32,000 nucleotides of DNA, from NCBI RefSeq assembly GCF_017876815.1, contig NZ_JAGIOS010000001.1, positions 1,290,001 through 1,322,000 of the forward strand. The letters run 5' to 3'. This DNA comes from Sinorhizobium meliloti. GTDB taxonomy: Bacteria; Pseudomonadota; Alphaproteobacteria; Rhizobiales; Rhizobiaceae. The notes beneath the pieces are model-generated. The model was not told the origin of the DNA and did no database searches. It saw only the letters and a list, made by a program, of their open reading frames with translations. The position numbers and the translations under genes are program-made. Shown here in pieces: positions 17,984-26,000 of this stretch (its first letter is position 1; every line of letters starts with the position of its first letter).

Positions 17984-18426
17984 ATGCGCCCTTCGTCAAT
18001 GTCCACGGGACCGCGATCGTTCTCGGCACGACCGGGCTGCTGATCACAGGGCCTTCCGGCTCGGGCAAGTCGGCGCTCGCGCTTTCCTGTCTTTCGGAAG
18101 TGAGGCACCGGGGCCGCTTCGCCGCGCTCGTCGCGGACGACCGCGTCGATCTGACGCTCGAGAACGGGCGCATCGTCGCGCGCTGCCCTGCCGCCATTCG
18201 CGGGCTCATCGAAATCCGCGGATCCGGAATTGCGGAAGTCGATACCGTCTCCGCCTGTGTTCTCGATTGGGCGATCATGCCGGTCAGGGCGCCCTTCGAT
18301 CCGCGTCTGCCGCCGGAGGAGGAGTTGCAGCTCGAGATCGGGAGAAATCTGCCGCTGTTGCGCCTCCCCGTTGAAGGGCCGCTGTCCCCGGTCGATGCGC
18401 TCGCCGCGCTTCTGCCCCAAATCTAG
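17980..18426 (+). CDS. hprK: truncated HPr kinase/phosphorylase (C-terminal catalytic domain only)
   Basis: GTG 17980 overlaps the chvG stop (GTGA). 148 aa starting VNAPFVNVHGTAIVLGTTGLLITGPSGSGKSALAL (P-loop), with the LIEIRGSGI signature. The short form lacking the N-terminal domain is typical of alphaproteobacteria. Confidence 0.88.
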   Translation: MNAPFVNVHGTAIVLGTTGLLITGPSGSGKSALALSCLSEVRHRGRFAALVADDRVDLTLENGRIVARCPAAIRGLIEIRGSGIAEVDTVSACVLDWAIMPVRAPFDPRLPPEEELQLEIGRNLPLLRLPVEGPLSPVDALAALLPQI

Positions 18427-18539
18427 AGCGGGATGAGCAAAAGTGTTTGCGGTTTTCCGCCCGCATCCCGCGTCTCAACTTCTAGGAATCGATCACATTC
18501 ATGTTTTTAGGTCGACCCCGACCTAAAAACATCGTGATC
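18427..18539. repeat. RIME1-like repeat (copy 2, inverted relative to copy 1)
   Basis: The reverse complement of 18427-18539 aligns with 15883-15989 along its whole length. I count roughly a dozen substitutions or indels by hand. Both palindromes are kept: GATCACATTCATGTTTTTAGGTCG / CGACCTAAAAACATCGTGATC and AGCGGGATG..CATCCCGC. It starts immediately after the hprK stop. Confidence 0.7.
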
Positions 18540-18706
18540 TAGGACTTTAGCCTTATCGGAAGGCAGTGCGGCTGCTTTTTCGGCATTTTTGGCTTGCACT
18601 TCGCCTTTTCCTTGCCAAGATGGCGCCCCCAACAGGTGGACGAAATTGCTGCATTGCGATATCTGGCCATCAACGAGTTGCATATGCAGTTGGAGCAAAG
18701 ATACCC

Positions 18707-19108
18707 ATGATCGGACTTGTGCTTGTCACTCATGGCAAGCTGGCGGATGAGTTTCGGCATGCTTTGGAGCATGTCGTCGGTCCGCAAAAAGCTATCGAGA
18801 CCGTCTGCATAGGCCCCGAGGACGACATGGATCAGCGGCGTCAGGATATCCTCGATGCCGTCGAAAAGGCCAATGAAGGCGACGGCGTCATCATCCTGAC
18901 GGACATGTTCGGCGGTACCCCCTCCAATCTCGCCATTTCCGTGATGCGCGGCGGCAGCGTCGAGGTCATCGCCGGCGTCAACCTGCCGATGCTGATCAAG
19001 CTCGCAGGCGTGCGCGGCGAAAGCGACATGGACAAGGCGCTGGTGGAAGCCTCCGAGGCGGGGCGCAAATACATCAACGTCGCCAGCCGGGTTCTGAGTG
19101 GAAAATGA
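18707..19108 (+). CDS. manX: PTS EIIA component, mannose family (ManX-like, regulatory)
   Basis: Start at MIGLVLVTHGKLADEF (ATG 18707, GGAG upstream) with the phosphorylatable His in VTHG. 133 aa. TDMFGGTPSN motif. The longer track ORF from 18566 runs through repeat or promoter sequence. Confidence 0.88.
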   Translation: MIGLVLVTHGKLADEFRHALEHVVGPQKAIETVCIGPEDDMDQRRQDILDAVEKANEGDGVIILTDMFGGTPSNLAISVMRGGSVEVIAGVNLPMLIKLAGVRGESDMDKALVEASEAGRKYINVASRVLSGK

Positions 19109-19398
19109 TGGACCACCGCCCCGACACGGCTCTGACGCGCGAACTGCTCATCGTCAACAAACGCGGCCTGCATGCGCGTGCCTCTGCGAAATTCGTGCAG
19201 ACCGTCGAGACCTTCGACGCGGAGATCACCGTCTCCAAGGACGGCATGACCGTCGGCGGGACCTCGATCATGGGGCTGATGATGCTGGCGGCGAGCACCG
19301 GCTGCTCGGTCTTCGTCACCGCCAGCGGCGCTCAGGCCGAAGAAGCGCTCAACGCGCTGGATAGGCTGGTTCGCGACAGGTTCGGCGAAGAGATGTGA
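19105..19398 (+). CDS. ptsH: HPr-family phosphocarrier protein (HPr/NPr)
   Basis: 97 aa. His-15 region NKRGLHARASAKF and Ser-46-like region GTSIMGLMML. ATGA overlap with the EIIA stop. Confidence 0.9.
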   Translation: MMDHRPDTALTRELLIVNKRGLHARASAKFVQTVETFDAEITVSKDGMTVGGTSIMGLMMLAASTGCSVFVTASGAQAEEALNALDRLVRDRFGEEM

Positions 19399-19434
19399 CC
19401 GATATAAACATATAAAGACCTCTTTATATGTCGG
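19399..19434. other. AT-rich perfect palindrome (possible weak terminator of the PTS operon or an operator/promoter element for ahcY)
   Basis: CATATAAAGA-cc-TCTTTATATG (19409-19430) is closed by CCGA/TCGG and starts 1 nt after the HPr stop. No clear T-tract follows. Confidence 0.35.
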
Positions 19435-19554
19435 TTGCCCTTCACGGGGTTTCCTGATAGACCGAAGGCACGCTGCCCGCGATCGCGGGAGGCACTGTCA
19501 TGCCGCCAAACGGCCATGTGGCCGCGCGGCCCTAGGATCAGCCTGGAGAACTTC

Positions 19555-20955
19555 ATGAGCGCAACTCAGGACTATATCGTCGCCGACATCGGGCTTGCCG
19601 ACTTCGGCCGCAAGGAAATCGCCATCGCCGAAACGGAAATGCCGGGCCTGATGGCCTGCCGTGAGGAGTTCGGCGCATCGAAGCCGCTGAAGGGCGCCCG
19701 CATCACCGGCTCGCTCCACATGACCATCCAGACCGCCGTGCTGATCGAGACGCTGGTTGCGCTCGGTGCCGAGGTCCGTTGGGCGTCGTGCAACATCTTC
19801 TCGACCCAGGACCACGCTGCCGCCGCCATTGCCGCGAGCGGCGTACCCGTCTTCGCCGTCAAGGGCGAGACGCTCGAGGAATATTGGACCTACACCGACA
19901 AGATCTTCCAATGGGCCGATGGCGGCGTCTCGAACATGATTCTCGACGACGGCGGCGACGCGACCATGTACATCCTGCTCGGCGCCCGCGCCGAGGCCGG
20001 CGAGAACATTCTGACGAATCCGGGCTCCGAAGAGGAAGAGATCCTTTTCGCGCAGATCAAGAAGCGCCTCGCCGCGACACCCGGCTGGTTCACCAGGCAG
20101 CGTGACGCGATCAAGGGCGTGACCGAAGAGACGACGACGGGCGTCAACCGCCTCTACCAGCTCCAGGCCAAGGGCCTGCTGCCCTTCCCGGCGATCAACG
20201 TCAACGACAGCGTCACCAAGTCGAAGTTCGACAACAAGTACGGCTGCAAGGAATCGCTCGTCGACGGCATCCGCCGCGGCACCGATGTGATGATGGCCGG
20301 CAAGGTCGCGGTGGTCTGCGGCTACGGCGACGTCGGCAAGGGCTCGGCGGCCTCGCTCAGCGGCGCCGGCGCACGCGTCAAGGTCACGGAAGTCGACCCG
20401 ATCTGCGCCCTCCAAGCGGCCATGGACGGCTATGAAGTCGTCCAGCTCGAAGACGTGGTATCCTCCGCCGACATCTTCATCACCACCACCGGCAACAAGG
20501 ACGTCATCCGCATCGAGCACATGCGCGCGATGAAGGACATGGCGATCGTCGGCAATATCGGCCATTTCGACAACGAGATTCAGGTCTCGGCGCTACGGAA
20601 CCTGAAGTGGACGAACGTCAAGCCGCAGGTCGACCTGATCGAGTTCCCGAAGGGCAACCGCATCATCCTGCTTTCGGAAGGCCGCCTGCTCAACCTCGGC
20701 AACGCCACCGGGCATCCGTCCTTCGTCATGTCGGCATCCTTCTCCAACCAGGTTCTGGCGCAGATCGAGCTCTTCACCAAGGGCGAGCAGTACAAGAACG
20801 AGGTTTACGTGCTGCCGAAGCAGCTCGACGAGAAGGTGGCGCGCCTGCATCTCGCCAAGCTCGGCGCCAAGCTGACCGAGCTCTCGGAGGAACAGGCCTC
20901 CTATATTGGCGTCAAGCAGCAGGGTCCGTTCAAGGCCGAACACTACCGGTACTAA
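19555..20955 (+). CDS. ahcY: adenosylhomocysteinase
   Basis: Start at [34 protein letters not shown] (ATG 19555, GGAG 8 nt upstream), 466 aa. NAD-binding site [13 protein letters not shown]-terminal KAEHYRY. The track ORF from 19435 adds a non-conserved leader. Confidence 0.97.
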   Translation: MSATQDYIVADIGLADFGRKEIAIAETEMPGLMACREEFGASKPLKGARITGSLHMTIQTAVLIETLVALGAEVRWASCNIFSTQDHAAAAIAASGVPVFAVKGETLEEYWTYTDKIFQWADGGVSNMILDDGGDATMYILLGARAEAGENILTNPGSEEEEILFAQIKKRLAATPGWFTRQRDAIKGVTEETTTGVNRLYQLQAKGLLPFPAINVNDSVTKSKFDNKYGCKESLVDGIRRGTDVMMAGKVAVVCGYGDVGKGSAASLSGAGARVKVTEVDPICALQAAMDGYEVVQLEDVVSSADIFITTTGNKDVIRIEHMRAMKDMAIVGNIGHFDNEIQVSALRNLKWTNVKPQVDLIEFPKGNRIILLSEGRLLNLGNATGHPSFVMSASFSNQVLAQIELFTKGEQYKNEVYVLPKQLDEKVARLHLAKLGAKLTELSEEQASYIGVKQQGPFKAEHYRY

Positions 20956-20985
20956 TCCTTACCCGGGCAATCCACAACATCTTGT

Positions 20986-21022
20986 GGCCGCGATCTTGAC
21001 AAGAGATCGCGGCCGCTTTTTT
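20986..21022 (+). terminator. rho-independent terminator of ahcY
   Basis: GGCCGCGATCT-tgacaag-AGATCGCGGCC followed by GCTTTTTTG, 31 nt after the stop codon. Confidence 0.88.
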
Positions 21023-21256
21023 GGGCCTCGCACTTTCAGCCGAATCGTCAAAGAAGTATGTTTAGCTTATCGATTCGTTATGCCAGCGCGGTCTTTCCGG
21101 GCTGGCGCGGTCGAAATGGGATGTCTTGTCGGACAGGCGGCAAACAGACGGAGACAGACCGGAGATGCAATCGGAACTGACAGGAGCCTTTGAACGGGCT
21201 CCGGCGCGCGGGGGCGCAAGGTCGCCGGCACTTTCCGGACGAACGGGGACGGCGCC

Positions 21257-23737
21257 GTGAAAACACATGAAACCATGTCTTCTGCAGGACGGCTGGGGGC
21301 GCCGAGACTGATCAAGCGGCTCCTTGCAGGAACGGTACTGCTTGCGGCAAGCGATGCCGCAGCCCAGGCCACCGATCCCGGCAGAAGCATATTCGGCACC
21401 TCCGAGGTCGTGACGTTCTCCGTCCTGATCGGCGTTATTTCCGCCGCCATGATTTCGGCGATCTGGCTCATCCGCCAGCGCGGCAACATCGAGGCCGAGA
21501 ACCGCGAGCTTCGTTCCAATCTATCCGACGCGAACCAGCGCATTTCCCGCTTCCAGGCTCTCATTGCCGACAAGAACAGGCGCATCGTGATCTGGGACGG
21601 GCTAGCGGAGCGCCCCGAATTCCTCGGTCAGCTTCCGGCCGAAACCGGCGCGCCGCAGGACGACCGGGACTTTCTCGCCTTCGGCCGCTGGATCAAGCCA
21701 CAATCGGCAGGCCAGCTCGAAAAGGCGATCGAGGCCTTGCGTGCCCAGGCGCAGAGCTTCGATCTCGTACTCGAAACCCAGCGCAACGAGGTACTCGAGG
21801 CCCAGGGCCGGGTATCCGGCGGGCGGGCCTTCGTGCGCTTCATCGCGCTCAACAATCTCAGGGCCGAACTCGCCGAGCTGAAGCTCGAGCGCGACCAGCT
21901 GCATGCTTCGCTTTCGACGTTCCGCACGCTGCTCGACGCGGTCGATCTTCCCGCGTGGCAGCGCGGAGGAGACGGCAGGCTCGAATGGGTCAATGCGGCC
22001 TATGCCAATGCGGTCGAAACCCAGAGCGCGAGCACGGCCGTCGCCGAAGAGCGCGAGCTGCTTGCGACCACGGCCCGCGAGCGTATCCGGGCGGTCTCGA
22101 CGCTCCAGACGCCTTTCCGCGACAAGGTTTCGACGGTGGTCAGGGGCAACCGGACGTTCTTCGACGTCGTGGACGCCCGCACGCCCGCCGGCTCCGCCGG
22201 AATCGCAATCGACGTCTCCGGCATCGAGGCGGTGCGCGAGGAGCTGGCGCGGACGCTCAAGAGCCATGCCGAGACGCTCGAACACCTGGCAACGCCGGTG
22301 GCAATCTTCGACGGCAATCAGCGGCTGCAGTTCTACAATCAGGCCTTCCAGCGGCTTTGGGATCTCGACATGGGATTCCTCGAGCGCAAGCCCGACAACG
22401 GCGAGGTGCTCGATCGGCTGCGTGCCGGCGGCAAGCTGCCGGAGCAGCTCAACTGGAAGCAATGGAAGACGAGTGCGCTCTCCGTCTATCAGGCGATCGA
22501 TACGCAGTCCGATCTCTGGCACCTGCCGAACGGCCAGACGCTCCGCGTTTTCGCCACCGCGCGGCCGCAGGGCGGCGCCACCTGGGTGTTCGAGAACCTG
22601 ACGGAACGGGTCGATCTCGAAACGCGCTACAACACGCTGGTCCAGGTCCAGGGCGAAACGATCGACCATCTCGCCGAGGGCGTCGCCGTTTTCGGCCCCG
22701 ACGGCCGCATCCGGCTCTCCAACCCGGCCTTCCGGGCGATCTGGGGCATCAGCGAGACCGAGGCGCAGCCGGGCACCCATATCCGCGCGATCGAGCAGGC
22801 TTGCCTCGCCTCCTACGACCAGCCCGACGGCTGGAAGCGCTTCGCCCATATCATCACCAGCTTCGACGACGAGCGACCGTCGAGCCGCGGCATTCTGGAG
22901 CTGCGCACCGGCCTCATCCTCGACTACGCGGTCATTCCGCTGCCCAATGCCCAGACGATGCTGACCTTCGTCAACATCACCGACAGCGTCCGCGTCGAGC
23001 GCGCACTCACCGAGAAGAACGAGGCGCTGCGCAAGGCGGATGCGCTGAAGAACGATTTCGTGCACCACGTCTCCTACGAGCTGCGCTCGCCGCTGACCAA
23101 CATCATCGGTTTTGCCGACCTTCTGAAAACGCCGGTCTTCGGCGAGCTCAACGAGCGCCAGGCCGAATATGTCGACCACATCGCCACCTCCTCGTCGCTG
23201 CTTCTGACGATCGTCAACGACATCCTCGATCTTGCAACCGTCGATGCCGGCATCGTCGAGCTCGAACTCTCGGAGGTGAATCTCATCGACCTGATCGACG
23301 ACGTGACGCAGCAGATGGGCGACCGGCTGGTCGAGAGCGGCGTGTCGCTTCGAACCGATGCACCCGACAATCTCGGCCGCATCACCGCGGACCAGCAGCG
23401 GCTGAAGCAGATCTTCATAAAGCTTCTCACCAATGCGGCGAATTTCGCGCCGGACGGGAGCACGATCGAGCTCAAATGCTGGCGCGAGGGGAGCGACTTC
23501 GCCTTCTCCGTCACCGACACCGGACCGGGCATCCCGCAGGACGTTCTCAACACCGTGTTCAACCGCTTCGAAAGCTACGGCCAGCGCGGCGGCGCGGGTC
23601 TGGGCCTGTCCATTGTGGAGAGCTTCGTCAGCCTTCACCACGGCAATGTTTCGATCCGCAGCAAGGAGGGTGAAGGTACGGCAGTAACCTGCCGCATTCC
23701 CTCCGCCGAAGCGCCGAAGGTCATCGCGGCGGAATAG
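21257..23737 (+). CDS. membrane-anchored multi-PAS sensor histidine kinase
   Basis: 826 aa. Has a signal/TM region (VVTFSVLIGVISAAMISAIWLI), a coiled-coil-like segment and repeated PAS-like blocks (LLDAVDLPAWQRGGDGRLEWVNAAY; LEHLATPVAIFDGNQRLQFYNQAF; IDHLAEGVAVFGPDGRIRLSNPAF). H-box FVHHVSYELRSPLTNIIGFADLL. ATPase G2 box GGAGLGLSIVESFVSLHHG. No receiver domain or adjacent regulator. Start is GTG 21257 or in-frame ATG 21275. Confidence 0.9.
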   Translation: MKTHETMSSAGRLGAPRLIKRLLAGTVLLAASDAAAQATDPGRSIFGTSEVVTFSVLIGVISAAMISAIWLIRQRGNIEAENRELRSNLSDANQRISRFQALIADKNRRIVIWDGLAERPEFLGQLPAETGAPQDDRDFLAFGRWIKPQSAGQLEKAIEALRAQAQSFDLVLETQRNEVLEAQGRVSGGRAFVRFIALNNLRAELAELKLERDQLHASLSTFRTLLDAVDLPAWQRGGDGRLEWVNAAYANAVETQSASTAVAEERELLATTARERIRAVSTLQTPFRDKVSTVVRGNRTFFDVVDARTPAGSAGIAIDVSGIEAVREELARTLKSHAETLEHLATPVAIFDGNQRLQFYNQAFQRLWDLDMGFLERKPDNGEVLDRLRAGGKLPEQLNWKQWKTSALSVYQAIDTQSDLWHLPNGQTLRVFATARPQGGATWVFENLTERVDLETRYNTLVQVQGETIDHLAEGVAVFGPDGRIRLSNPAFRAIWGISETEAQPGTHIRAIEQACLASYDQPDGWKRFAHIITSFDDERPSSRGILELRTGLILDYAVIPLPNAQTMLTFVNITDSVRVERALTEKNEALRKADALKNDFVHHVSYELRSPLTNIIGFADLLKTPVFGELNERQAEYVDHIATSSSLLLTIVNDILDLATVDAGIVELELSEVNLIDLIDDVTQQMGDRLVESGVSLRTDAPDNLGRITADQQRLKQIFIKLLTNAANFAPDGSTIELKCWREGSDFAFSVTDTGPGIPQDVLNTVFNRFESYGQRGGAGLGLSIVESFVSLHHGNVSIRSKEGEGTAVTCRIPSAEAPKVIAAE

Positions 23738-23746
23738 ATGAACTAG

Positions 23747-25261
23747 ATGAAATCTCTCGAACGTCTGCTGAAGGACGAGGCCGCCACCATCGAATTCGGC
23801 GAAGATCTCGCATTGGCGCTGAAGGCCGGCGAATGCGTCGCGCTCTCGGGCGATCTCGGCGCGGGGAAGTCGACCTTCGCAAGAGCCTTCATCCGGGCAA
23901 TGGCCGACGACGAGACGCTCGAGGTGCCGAGCCCAACCTTCACCCTGGTTCAAAGCTACGACCTCAGGATCCCGGTCGCTCATTTCGATCTCTACCGGCT
24001 CGCGGACGCATCCGAGCTTGACGAGCTCGGTTTCGACGAGGCGCTCGCCGACGGCATCTGTCTCGTCGAATGGCCGGAGAAGGCCGAGGAGGCGCTTCCG
24101 GCCGACCGGATCACGCTCACCTTCTCGCATGAAGACGACGGGCGGCGCATTCACCTGACGGCTCCGGACGCGGCTTTCGAACGGATCACCCGCTCGCTTG
24201 CCATTCGCAAGTTCCTTATCGATGCAGCCCATCCCTACGCCCGTCGGCGCCACCTGAGCGGCGATGCTTCGATCAGGGCCTATGAACGCATCGACACCCA
24301 GGATGGTGCGCCGGCGAAGATTCTCATGGATGCGCCGAGACACAAGCCGGGACCTATCCTCCAGGACGGAAAGTATTACCAGCAGCTCGCCCATATCGCC
24401 GAGGACGTCGTCCCATTCGTCGCGATCTCGCAACTCCTGCGCAAACGCGGTTTCGCCGCACCGGCGATCTACGCGCGCGACCTCGACCAGGGTCTGCTGC
24501 TCATCGAAAATCTTGGATCCGAAGGCATCCTCGACACCGATGGCCGCCCCGTCGCGGAGCGCTACATCGAAGGCGCGCGGCTTCTCGCCCGGCTGCATGC
24601 CCAGCCCGCGGAGCGCGACATCGCGGTCGCTGAAGGGGTCGTGCACAGCATCCCCGATTTCGACCGGACGGCGATCAGGATCGAAACCAGTCTGCTCGTC
24701 GACTGGTACCTCCCGTGGAAACGGGGGCGGCCTGCCTCGGACGATGAGCGGCGGGAATACTTCGCCGTATGGGATGGACTGATCGACGTTCTCGCCTCCG
24801 CGGAGAAGAACCTTCTTCTGCGCGATTTCCACTCGCCGAACATTCTCTGGCGTCAGGACCGCGCCGGCTTCGACCGCATCGGCATCATCGACTTCCAGGA
24901 CGCGATGATCGGGCCGACGGCCTATGACGTGGCCTCGCTGGTGCAGGATGCGCGCGTGACGATCGAGCCCGATCTCGCCAAGCGGATGATGACTGCCTAC
25001 ATCTCCGAGCGCCGGGAGTTGGGTCCCTTCGACGAGGCGACCTTCCGGCGCGACTGGCATCTGATGGCCGCTCAGCGCAACTGCAAGCTCGCCGGCATTT
25101 GGGTGCGGCTAAAGGAGCGCGACGGCAAGCCCGGCTACATGAAGCACATGCCGCGCACCTTTGCCTATCTCGAGCATGCGCTCTCCCATCAGGTGCTGAC
25201 ACCCTTGCGCGAATGGTGCATTAAGGCTGGAATCCTCGCTCCCGAATCAGCGAACCGTTAG
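23747..25261 (+). CDS. tsaE: bifunctional TsaE (t6A ATPase) / AmgK-like anomeric sugar kinase (APH-fold phosphotransferase) fusion
   Basis: The N-terminal about 150 aa carry the TsaE P-loop LSGDLGAGKSTFARAF plus PSPTFTLVQSY and HFDLYRL. The C-terminal about 350 aa carry the APH/kinase catalytic loop LLLRDFHSPNILW and metal-binding IGIIDFQDA. It is a single uninterrupted 504-aa frame. Confidence 0.88.
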   Translation: MKSLERLLKDEAATIEFGEDLALALKAGECVALSGDLGAGKSTFARAFIRAMADDETLEVPSPTFTLVQSYDLRIPVAHFDLYRLADASELDELGFDEALADGICLVEWPEKAEEALPADRITLTFSHEDDGRRIHLTAPDAAFERITRSLAIRKFLIDAAHPYARRRHLSGDASIRAYERIDTQDGAPAKILMDAPRHKPGPILQDGKYYQQLAHIAEDVVPFVAISQLLRKRGFAAPAIYARDLDQGLLLIENLGSEGILDTDGRPVAERYIEGARLLARLHAQPAERDIAVAEGVVHSIPDFDRTAIRIETSLLVDWYLPWKRGRPASDDERREYFAVWDGLIDVLASAEKNLLLRDFHSPNILWRQDRAGFDRIGIIDFQDAMIGPTAYDVASLVQDARVTIEPDLAKRMMTAYISERRELGPFDEATFRRDWHLMAAQRNCKLAGIWVRLKERDGKPGYMKHMPRTFAYLEHALSHQVLTPLREWCIKAGILAPESANR

Positions 25262-25267
25262 GATACG

Positions 25268-25999
25268 ATGCCCATCACCAATGCCATGGTGCTTGCGGCC
25301 GGACTGGGCACCCGCCTGCGGCCGGTCACCGACACGCTGCCGAAGCCGCTGGTCAGGATAGCCGGCAAGCCGATGATCGACTATGTGCTGGATCTGCTCG
25401 CCGCCGCGGGTGTGACCAGGGCCGTTGTGAACGTCCATCATTTCGCCGGCCAGATGGAGGAGCACCTCGGCCGGCGGGAGGTGCCGCATATCCTGATTTC
25501 GGACGAGCGGGACGCGCTGATGAATTCCGGCGGCGGGCTCGCGAAGGGCCTGAAACTGCTCGATGGCGGGCCCGTCCTCGTGATGAATGCCGACCTCTTC
25601 TGGATCGGCGAAAAACCGCGGCAACCGTGCAACCTGAAAAAGCTTGCCGAGTTCTTCGATTCGGAGCGCATGGACATGGCGCTGCTCTGCGTGCGTCTCG
25701 AGGACACGACCGGGCACAACGGCAAACGGGATTTCTCGCTATCGGAAGACGGCCGGCTCACGCGTTATGAAGAAGGCATGGAAAATCCCGTCGTCTATGC
25801 CGGCGCGATCGCCATGGACGCAGCGCTGCTTGCCGATGCGCCGGACGAGGCGTTCAACCTCAACATCTATTTCGACCGGGCGATCGCCCGGGGACGCCTT
25901 TTCGGCCTGATGCTCGAAGGGCACTGGATCACCGTCGGCTCGCCGGAAGCCATAGCGGAGGCCGAGGCTGCGATCCGCCGCTTCCGGCCGGAGGGATGA
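25268..25999 (+). CDS. murU: nucleotidyltransferase, MurU-like (N-acetylmuramate-1-phosphate uridylyltransferase)
   Basis: 243 aa. Sugar-nucleotidyltransferase motif MVLAAGLGTRLRPVTDTLPKPL. Directly follows the AmgK-like domain, the usual amgK-murU pairing. Confidence 0.82.
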   Translation: MPITNAMVLAAGLGTRLRPVTDTLPKPLVRIAGKPMIDYVLDLLAAAGVTRAVVNVHHFAGQMEEHLGRREVPHILISDERDALMNSGGGLAKGLKLLDGGPVLVMNADLFWIGEKPRQPCNLKKLAEFFDSERMDMALLCVRLEDTTGHNGKRDFSLSEDGRLTRYEEGMENPVVYAGAIAMDAALLADAPDEAFNLNIYFDRAIARGRLFGLMLEGHWITVGSPEAIAEAEAAIRRFRPEG

Positions 26000-26000
26000 G

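Noticed and set aside
19440-19554. Possible SAH riboswitch upstream of ahcY.
   Set aside because: Only short string resemblance is present. The complement needed for P1 (CCUUCGG) and the 3' pseudoknot strand are absent. As far as I recall this class is mainly beta/gammaproteobacterial. It is kept only as a cmscan suggestion.
21602-25060. Very long antisense ORF (1152 aa) opposite the PAS kinase and tsaE fusion. Similar long shadow ORFs occur at 972-2162(+), 2034-3470(-), 2129-3445(+), 13037-14788(+), 15941-17020(-), 19498-20565(-), 27006-29363(-) and 29947-31899(-).
   Set aside because: All lie opposite or out of frame to genes with unmistakable conserved motifs. Their products are Arg/Ala/Gly/Pro-rich with low complexity and no recognisable motifs. 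Stop-free antisense frames are expected in GC-rich DNA.
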